The notes below the pieces were generated by a model that was not told the DNA's origin, ran no database searches, and was given only the letters and a program-made list of their open reading frames with translations. This document shows positions 41,069 to 46,906 of a stretch of DNA of 64,000 nt, one piece after another (positions within the stretch are counted from its first letter, which is position 1; each line of letters opens with the position of its first letter). Origin of the DNA: Nitrospirota bacterium (GTDB lineage Bacteria; Nitrospirota; Thermodesulfovibrionia; Thermodesulfovibrionales; JdFR-85); contig JAYWMQ010000043.1 of NCBI GenBank assembly GCA_035873375.1, forward strand, positions 67,757 to 131,756, written 5' to 3'. The translations under genes were made by a program, and so were the position numbers.

Positions 41069-41776
41069 ATGAATATTAGAGATAAAGAAAATAACCTTTT
41101 TGAGAAGTGGATGAAAAAAGAAGGCCGAAAGCCATTTATTAAAGATGGTTCACCGTCACCTGATGAATACTCAAAATCTAAAACAAGAATTCTGTTCATT
41201 CTGAAAGATGCGAATTTTGGTATAAATGACGAAGATAAAGAAATTGGAAACTTCGATGATTCCTCTTACGATCAACGAAAGGATTTGGAGAAAAACCCAC
41301 ATGTCTGGTGGAATAGAGTCAGGAATTGGTGTGCTTTCTTACTTAATCCACGTATAGAGTGGGACGAGGTTAAGAAAAAAGATGTTGCTGAATCTTTGGC
41401 CCCATTTTCGTTCATGCAGTTAAAGAAGAACGCTGGTGGTGGGTCTGTAAATGCGGGGACATTGTGGGATGTTGCCAAAGAGGATAGTCTTGAGATAAAG
41501 GAGCAGATTGCTATTTATCACCCTGATTTTATTGTTTGCTGTGGTGTTGGTGAAATAGTTTATAAAATAATATTTTCCGGTAGATCGCCTTTAAATTATA
41601 CCCCGCATGGTGTGGGATATTGGAAGGTTAATAGGGAGGATGATAGTAATAGGAAATATACTTATGTTATCGACTATTGCCATCCGAGTGCGCGATTTGG
41701 GAAAAAGATTGAAGGTGTTGTTGCTTTTGGATTAGTTAATTCTATTAACCACTTAATAAAAAAACGTTATTTTTAA
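41069..41776 (+). CDS. Hypothetical protein (speculative uracil-DNA-glycosylase-like fold)
   Basis: 235 aa. RILFILKDAN near the N-terminus and DYCHPSARFG near the C-terminus recall the positions of UDG-superfamily motifs A and B. No firm match. Confidence 0.3.
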   Translation: MNIRDKENNLFEKWMKKEGRKPFIKDGSPSPDEYSKSKTRILFILKDANFGINDEDKEIGNFDDSSYDQRKDLEKNPHVWWNRVRNWCAFLLNPRIEWDEVKKKDVAESLAPFSFMQLKKNAGGGSVNAGTLWDVAKEDSLEIKEQIAIYHPDFIVCCGVGEIVYKIIFSGRSPLNYTPHGVGYWKVNREDDSNRKYTYVIDYCHPSARFGKKIEGVVAFGLVNSINHLIKKRYF

Positions 41777-41925
41777 ACGTGCATCTAAATACAGAGAGAT
41801 TATTTGCTGACTAAGTGCATGGTTTTACTGAAGGTTTCCTTACAAGGCAAACGCACTCGGATGGTAAAAAGCACCGCTCGTTTTTCAGCTCTGCTTTTTG
41901 CCTCCGTTGATTTATGGCGTTATAC
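41772..41925 (+). repeat. attC-like imperfect palindrome, site 3 (154 bp)
   Basis: The left end TTTAAAC contains the TAA stop and the right end is GGCGTTATAC, identical to site 1. Outer arms are taaacgtgcatctaaataca / tgatttatggcgtta. Inner stem is ggtaaaaagca / tgctttttgcc. Confidence 0.4.
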
Positions 41926-41938
41926 ATGAAGATATAAA

Positions 41939-42106
41939 ATGAAAAACTTAATCTCTTTTGCCGTATTTGTCATAATTCTAACTTTTACCAGTTACTCTCT
42001 ATCATTTTCTATTACTTCAACTCCCAATGCTTTGTCGGAAACACCAAATAACGCAACTTTGGGGATGTTGTTGCACACTATGCAAAACTATTGACGGGTT
42101 AGAAGA
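41939..42106 (+). CDS. Possible 55-aa signal-peptide ORF (below the ORF-track cutoff)
   Basis: Own translation: MKNLISFAVFVIILTFTSYSLSFSITSTPNALSETPNNATLGMLLHTMQNY. It starts 14 nt after the GTTATAC core and its 3' end runs into repeat E1. Confidence 0.3.
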
Positions 42107-42162
42107 AAATAATGTTGATAAAATTGCAGGATTATATCATGCTAAGACAGCCTGGATTAGAC
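42066..42162 (+). repeat. Copy E1 of the island-specific ~95-nt repeat
   Basis: tgttgttgcacactatgcaaaactattgacgggttagaagaaaataatgttgataaaattgcaggattatatcatgctaagacagcctggattagac. About 85% identical to E2. Confidence 0.8.
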
Positions 42163-42402
42163 CTGAGAAGGGTTTTCAATATCATTACCTGCTCTCCCGG
42201 AACAAGAAACGATATGCAATATCTTTATAAGGATAGACCGTAAGATCGAATCCGAACAAAACAAACTCTCATCCCTTAAATCACTCTTTCAGAACCTCAT
42301 AACATGAAAGGTCAGGTTAAGGTTAAGGACATTAATGCATGATATATGGTAAAATGGTATATATAATCAGCACGTATTATTGTGCATAAATGGAGGATGA
42401 AT

Positions 42403-42609
42403 ATGCGTACGACAATTGATATAAATGAAGACCTCATTAATGAGGTTATGAAAAAGGCTGGAGTAAAGACCAAGAAAGAGGCAATTGTAACGGCCATGAA
42501 GGCTTATCTGAGATTCAAAAAAATTGAGGAACTGAAAGAACTGGTCGGTAATTACGACGCCTTCGATCTGACATTAAGCGACCTGAAGAAGATGCGGGAT
42601 GAAAGATAG
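42403..42609 (+). CDS. vapB: VapB-type (DUF2191-like) antitoxin
   Basis: MRTTIDINEDLINEVMKKAGVKTKKEAIVTAMKAYL. GGAGGA lies 6 nt upstream of ATG 42403, so this start is preferred over the track start at 42382. Confidence 0.8.
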   Translation: MRTTIDINEDLINEVMKKAGVKTKKEAIVTAMKAYLRFKKIEELKELVGNYDAFDLTLSDLKKMRDER

Positions 42610-43006
42610 GGTTCTGATAGATACATCCGCCTGGATAGTCAGTTTCAGGAAATCGGGTAATGAGAAGCTGAAACAGCAAGTTGTGGCTGCCCTGAATTCC
42701 CTGTCAGCGGTAACAACAAATATCATCACCATGGAACTTCTTCAGGGGTGTCGCGATGACATGGAATATAAAAAAATGCGGTCAAGGCTGGAGGCACTTG
42801 AGCTGATGCCTCTTAACGAAGACGTTTGGGAGATGGGTTACAGTGCGGGGTATAGCCTCAGGAAGAAAGGCATTACGGTTCCATCGGTGGATATAATAAT
42901 CGCCTCTCTTGCTAAAGCGCATGACTGCACGCTCCTTCATCACGACAGGCATTTTAAACTGATAGCAAGGCATCTCGATATAAAGACGGTCGACTTTTTG
43001 AGTTAA
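42599..43006 (+). CDS. vapC: PIN-domain toxin VapC
   Basis: 135 aa. VLIDTSAWI (Asp), TMELLQG (Glu), PSVDIIIA, LLHHDRHF. Overlaps vapB by 11 nt. Confidence 0.88.
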   Translation: MKDRVLIDTSAWIVSFRKSGNEKLKQQVVAALNSLSAVTTNIITMELLQGCRDDMEYKKMRSRLEALELMPLNEDVWEMGYSAGYSLRKKGITVPSVDIIIASLAKAHDCTLLHHDRHFKLIARHLDIKTVDFLS

Positions 43007-43030
43007 CAGACAGATTATAGAATGGGTGAC

Positions 43031-43124
43031 ATTGTTGCACACTATGCAAAATTCTTGACGGGCAAGAAAATAAAGTTGATAAAGTTGTAGGATTTATATC
43101 ATGCTATGACAGCCAGGATTAGAC
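43031..43124 (+). repeat. Copy E2 of the island-specific repeat
   Basis: attgttgcacactatgcaaaattcttgacgggcaagaaaataaagttgataaagttgtaggatttatatcatgctatgacagccaggattagac. Confidence 0.8.
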
Positions 43125-43178
43125 GTATCAGGAGCCTCGCACACGTCCAATTGCACGAAGGGAGGAACTCATAAAAAG

Positions 43179-43206
43179 TACAAGTTATGCATTGTATGCA
43201 ACAACG
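43179..43206 (-). repeat. Partial inverted copy E4, forming a ~30-bp inverted repeat with the start of E2
   Basis: gtacaagttatgcattgtatgcaacaacg is the near-complement of 43031-43066. Confidence 0.7.
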
Positions 43207-43284
43207 TTCCTGACTTATATTATAGTCTGTGCCTGGGCTGGCTTAGCACATCGTTAGGCATCTATAAAATCGGGGTTCCATAGA

Positions 43285-44241
43285 TTGAAAATAATATATT
43301 TAGATCAGCTTCATTGGATTGAAATTGCTAAACATATAAATGGTAACCATACGAAAGAAGGAACCGATGAAGCGCTCAATCACATATTAGGGTTAAGTAA
43401 AAAGGATATTGCTATTTTTCCTTTATCAATTTCTCACTATTATGAAACTCTAAAACAATCTGATCCAGGAAGGCGACAACGACTCGCTCAAGTTATGAGG
43501 CAACTTTCCCGTGGGTACACAGTTAGTGCACTAAGGAATATCGTTAATTCTGAAATTGAGTTGGCATTAGTAGCTATGTTCAGTTTAAATCACGAAGTGC
43601 TCCCTGTTTCATACATAGGTAAAGGCTTTGAACATACCTTTGGACGATCTCTAAACATGAGGTTAGAATGGCCAAATCCAGAGAAAGTGCCGGAAGATAT
43701 AAAACAAAAAATAGAAAATGATATTTTTGAAGTTGCGGAAAATGCCTTACTAAGCGGTGTGATAAAGGGTTCATCTGTGGAGCATCTATTTCCTAAAATG
43801 GATTTATCTGCAGATATTAAGTTTTGTGATCACCTTATGACGTGGAAGGGATGTGCTTCATCCGCCACTGAGGAAGAATTGAGTCGGCAAATCTACGCAA
43901 TTACATATCAAGATATATTTGATTCCATTTTTTCAAAAACCGTTGAGCTGGGGATTTCTACAGAACAATTTGTAGGTATTGGAGAAGAAGGGATGAAGAG
44001 GCTTATTGATATGATGCCCACCCGGAAAGTAGATATGTGGTTGAGAGACCAATGGGCCAGAAATGGAGGGTTAATACCCAAAAAATCCGACTTGAATGAT
44101 TGGTGCTATGTGGGGGCTGCAATCCCATATTGTGATTTTGTGGTAACAGAAAACCAAATGGATGATCTGTTATCCAGATCAGCAGAATATAAGTCTAAAG
44201 TTACATCAGAGCTTTCAGACTTGATTGGAAAATATGCCTAA
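43285..44241 (+). CDS. Hypothetical protein
   Basis: 318 aa with a TTG start 26 nt after the GTTAGGC core (43253-43259). The N-terminal IIYLDQLHW and C-terminal YCDFVVTENQ are faintly PIN-like. No firm motif. Confidence 0.55.
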   Translation: MKIIYLDQLHWIEIAKHINGNHTKEGTDEALNHILGLSKKDIAIFPLSISHYYETLKQSDPGRRQRLAQVMRQLSRGYTVSALRNIVNSEIELALVAMFSLNHEVLPVSYIGKGFEHTFGRSLNMRLEWPNPEKVPEDIKQKIENDIFEVAENALLSGVIKGSSVEHLFPKMDLSADIKFCDHLMTWKGCASSATEEELSRQIYAITYQDIFDSIFSKTVELGISTEQFVGIGEEGMKRLIDMMPTRKVDMWLRDQWARNGGLIPKKSDLNDWCYVGAAIPYCDFVVTENQMDDLLSRSAEYKSKVTSELSDLIGKYA

Positions 44242-44280
44242 CAATGCAAATTCAGCCGAGCCAATACCGTGCCGTTAGAA
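44236..44280 (+). repeat. attC-like core pair, site 5 (short, weak stem)
   Basis: GCCTAAC (a perfect RYYYAAC containing the TAA stop), 31 nt, then GTTAGAA. Arm pairing is poor and the length is below that of typical attC sites. Confidence 0.3.
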
Positions 44281-44300
44281 GCAAATAAAACAAAAGAGAC

Positions 44301-44669
44301 ATGATGGATCTGGATAATATAGTTGAAATAAGGGTATTAGGCCCCCAAGGGAAATATTATATAGATTTGGAAAAGGAATTTTCCCTACAATTTGAAGAAC
44401 AAGGGGCATATTTTATGATATCCCGTTTGTTTTCTGCTCCTCCAGAAACAACAGTGATGATTACAATAGGGATAGGAGTAATTACTGGAGTGACAACCCA
44501 TGTTCTGGCTAAGCTAATTGATAAAATATTTGATCTAAAGAAACGAGATGGTCAGGAAAACACGAATGTAACTATCAGCCTCCACATTGGAGACAAATAT
44601 GTGAACTTGCCAAGTGATAAAGAAGAAATGTTGAAAAAAATAAATGAGTATCGGAAGGATCAAGAGTAA
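44301..44669 (+). CDS. Small single-TM membrane protein
   Basis: 122 aa with a central hydrophobic helix TVMITIGIGVITGVTTHVLAKLI. Starts 21 nt after GTTAGAA. Confidence 0.55.
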   Translation: MMDLDNIVEIRVLGPQGKYYIDLEKEFSLQFEEQGAYFMISRLFSAPPETTVMITIGIGVITGVTTHVLAKLIDKIFDLKKRDGQENTNVTISLHIGDKYVNLPSDKEEMLKKINEYRKDQE

Positions 44670-44681
44670 GATGAATAAAGC

Positions 44682-44762
44682 TTCTAACAACAGCTTCAAC
44701 ATGGACGGCAAAAAGCTGTGGTGCGTTCCGTATTTTGCCGATAGTTAAGTTGGACGTTGTGT
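44682..44762 (+). repeat. attC-like imperfect palindrome, site 6
   Basis: Left end TTCTAACAAC...; right ends GTTAAGT (44744) and GTTGTGT (44756). Outer arms are ttctaacaacagcttcaac / gttggacgttgtgtaagaa. Inner stem is cggcaaaa / ttttgccg. Confidence 0.35.
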
Positions 44763-44803
44763 AAGAATAAATTAAGCTTATATAAAATTATGGGGAGAGG
44801 AAA

Positions 44804-46225
44804 ATGGACAAAAAACTAACAAAAATTGTTGGCCTGAAAAAAGATGACTTTGATGAATTTATTTCAAGTGGAGAGCTGAAACTAAGGAAAGCTCGATTAC
44901 TTCCATTTTTCAAGCCTGGGGATGAAATGGCTTTGACATCGGTAATATTATCTTCAATAAGATTGATAAATGAGTTTAGAAAAAAAATATTCTCTGACTG
45001 TAAATTGATGGGTGGCGGTCAGATATACGTTTTCACAGAAGTGTCTTTTCCTCAGTTTCCAGAATATAGAGTAGATGGCCTGTTGCTAATTGTTAAGAGC
45101 GGGATAATTAAAGATGCCGCAATATTTGAGATGAAGAATGGGAACGATATACTCAATAAAGAACAAATCGAGCACTATCAAGAAGTTGCTAAAGCATATT
45201 CAATTCCAAAGCTTGTAACAATTTCAAATCAATTTGTTTCTGAACCAACACAATGTCCTGTAAACATTAAAACTATAAAGAACGTTGATATATTTCATTT
45301 CTCTTGGTCTTATCTTTTAACTATAGCTCATGTGTTGTTATTCAAAAATGACGCTAATATCGAAGATGCGGATCAGGTTGAAATAATGCGTGAAGTTGTG
45401 AACTACTTGGAATATGATAAATCAGGAGTTTTTGGTTTAAACCATATGAAAGCAGGTTGGAGCGAAACCATTGAGAAAATAAATGCTGGTGCCAACCTTA
45501 AAATTAATGATCCTTATGTATGTGATGCTGTTTATAGTTGGCAACAAGAAGAAAAAGATATGGCATTAATTTTAAGCCGGCATCTCGGAGTATTAGTTGA
45601 CTCAGGTGAGACGAAGTATAAAAGTAATTTAAAGGCAAGACTGGAAGATGATAAAAAATCCTTAATCAACAAAAAACAGCTTGTATCTACGCTGCGAGTT
45701 AAGGATGCTGTATCTGATATTAAGATTATGGGTTTGTTAGAAAAAAGAAGTGTTGAGATGTTCGTAAGCCTAAAAGCACCACATGACAAAACATTAAGGG
45801 GACAGTTGGGATGGATCAAACGTCAGATTGAAAATTGTAAGAAAAAGAATGAAGCCATTTTTGAGAAACTCAAAAAAGGAGTATTAATTGAGACCAAAAT
45901 TAAAAACAGTCACAAAGCTGAGCGGATGAGTATTCTAAATTTTGATGAAATGATAGATATCCTTAAAAACAAAGAAATCAAAGAATTTAAAATTGTTCTC
46001 ATAAAAGATTTCGGCAAACAATTTGCATCATCTAAGAAATTTGTTGAGCTAATAGAACACATGCTAATTGATTTTTATAGTGGCATTATTCAGTATCTGT
46101 ATAAGTGGGAGCCTTCAGCACCTAAACTGATTCAGCCAATTGAGGCAGGAGATCCAGCTGTTATTGAGAAGCCAACACGAGAAGTTATTGAAGGTGGTAA
46201 GGAATTAAAAGAAATTAAAACATAA
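44804..46225 (+). CDS. RecB/Cas4-family PD-(D/E)xK nuclease domain fused to a ~300-aa uncharacterised Lys-rich C-terminal region
   Basis: 473 aa. GDEMALTS (Glu), RVDGLLLI (Asp), IFEMKNG (ExK), KEQIEHY (QxxxY), in the canonical RecB-nuclease order. GGAGAGG lies upstream of the ATG. Confidence 0.55.
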   Translation: MDKKLTKIVGLKKDDFDEFISSGELKLRKARLLPFFKPGDEMALTSVILSSIRLINEFRKKIFSDCKLMGGGQIYVFTEVSFPQFPEYRVDGLLLIVKSGIIKDAAIFEMKNGNDILNKEQIEHYQEVAKAYSIPKLVTISNQFVSEPTQCPVNIKTIKNVDIFHFSWSYLLTIAHVLLFKNDANIEDADQVEIMREVVNYLEYDKSGVFGLNHMKAGWSETIEKINAGANLKINDPYVCDAVYSWQQEEKDMALILSRHLGVLVDSGETKYKSNLKARLEDDKKSLINKKQLVSTLRVKDAVSDIKIMGLLEKRSVEMFVSLKAPHDKTLRGQLGWIKRQIENCKKKNEAIFEKLKKGVLIETKIKNSHKAERMSILNFDEMIDILKNKEIKEFKIVLIKDFGKQFASSKKFVELIEHMLIDFYSGIIQYLYKWEPSAPKLIQPIEAGDPAVIEKPTREVIEGGKELKEIKT

Positions 46226-46344
46226 TAATGGAATGGACTTGAACAGGTTATCTCAGCTCCCTTTTTCAAGTCGATCATAGTTCATTTTTTTATTTTTTGT
46301 TACTGTTTTCAAAGAAACGCTTGTCAGTCATTCAGGCGTTAGGC
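46221..46344 (+). repeat. attC-like imperfect palindrome, site 7 (124 bp)
   Basis: Left arm aatgGactTgaAc and right arm gtcagtcatt with GGCGTTAGGC (a perfect GTTRRRY). The ends are homologous to site 1 and the centre is unrelated. Confidence 0.55.
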
Positions 46345-46376
46345 GTATGAATAACCAAATATGAAAGAGGCTGAAA

Positions 46377-46511
46377 ATGGCGTTTAATAACTTAAAGATA
46401 ACATGTGTGAAAGTCGAAGGCAAATGTAGCCGAACAAAAGTGGGAACAACCTTCTACGTAAGAAATGCAAAATTGGAAATCCCTCCAGGGGAAAGCATTT
46501 ATAATGATTGA
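46377..46511 (+). pseudogene. 44-codon fragment resembling the N-terminus of small Cys-containing TIGR04076-type proteins
   Basis: Own translation: MAFNNLKITCVKVEGKCSRTKVGTTFYVRNAKLEIPPGESIYND*. AGAGG RBS present. It stops where full-length relatives continue, and it overlaps the hicB-like start. Confidence 0.3.
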
Positions 46512-46749
46512 GTTAGAATACTCATTAATAATCGAGGCAACAGAAGAACCTGACTATTTTGGGTTTTATTCTCCGGACCTGGAAGGTTTTTCAGGGATAG
46601 GACATTCTATTGAAGATTGTATCTATAAGGCAAAATGGGGAATGAAGGAACATGTTCAGCTGTTAAAAGAACAAGGCTTGCCAGTCCCTCCGCCGAATCC
46701 CAATCCCAGGATAATTATTCAAAACGAAGAGAAGTTAACAGTTGCATAG
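46504..46749 (+). CDS. hicB: HicB-like antitoxin-fold protein (UPF0150), no HicA partner
   Basis: MIELEYSLIIEATEEPDYFGFYSPDLEGFSGIGHSIEDCIYKAKWGMKEHVQLLKEQGLPVPPP. The internal Met at 46504 is preferred over the track start at 46465. Confidence 0.65.
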   Translation: MIELEYSLIIEATEEPDYFGFYSPDLEGFSGIGHSIEDCIYKAKWGMKEHVQLLKEQGLPVPPPNPNPRIIIQNEEKLTVA

Positions 46750-46840
46750 TTTAAAAAGAAAAATGACCGTCCCACATCGATCGAATTCCCCATCGGCTTT
46801 TGTTAAGCGGTGGTTAAACGATAGTTAAACGCAAACTACA

Positions 46841-46879
46841 AAAGGGCATTGGTTTGCTGTAAACGAACCAATGCCCTTT
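46841..46879 (-). terminator. Rho-independent terminator of the NuoG-like operon (14-bp perfect stem)
   Basis: AAAGGGCATTGGTT-tgctgtaaacg-AACCAATGCCCTTT. On the minus strand it is followed by TTTTGT. Lies 28 nt after the stop at 46907. Confidence 0.75.
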
Positions 46880-46906
46880 CGCGATCCTGTTTGATTTTAA
46901 AACCCC

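Larger units (their letters stand above)
38558..46840 (+). mobile_element. AT-rich accessory island; from ~39.2 kb it is organised like an integron gene-cassette array without an integrase (CALIN-like)
   Basis: All ORFs lie on the + strand and are short and functionally unrelated. There are 3-4 TA modules. ORFs are separated by imperfect palindromes bounded by YTAAC ... GTTRRRY-like cores. Composition is visibly more AT-rich than the flanks. No recombinase gene lies in the window. Confidence 0.5.

Noticed and set aside
42027-42230. 67-aa ORF in the ORF track
   Set aside because: It runs straight through repeat E1, has no RBS, and has an odd Cys/Trp-rich N-terminus. The overlapping 55-aa signal-peptide ORF in another frame (41939-42106) is at least positioned correctly after an attC-like core.
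42246-42253. TCGAATCC resembling a tRNA T-loop, a possible tRNA fragment or integration site
   Set aside because: The flanking bases cannot form a T-stem or acceptor stem, and no tRNA-like cloverleaf was found anywhere in the window.
43001-43259. A single very long attC site after vapC (AGTTAAC ... GTTAGGC)
   Set aside because: At 259 bp it is far longer than known attC sites, and the outer arms pair poorly. The interval is dominated by the E2/E4 inverted repeat, so the boundary here is unresolved. Only the GTTAGGC core is used as evidence.
44737-44744. GCCGATAG resembling a sigma-28 (FliA) -10 element
   Set aside because: There is no TAAA-type -35 at the required 15-nt spacing. The sequence forms the inner stem of attC-like site 6 (cggcaaaa/ttttgccg).
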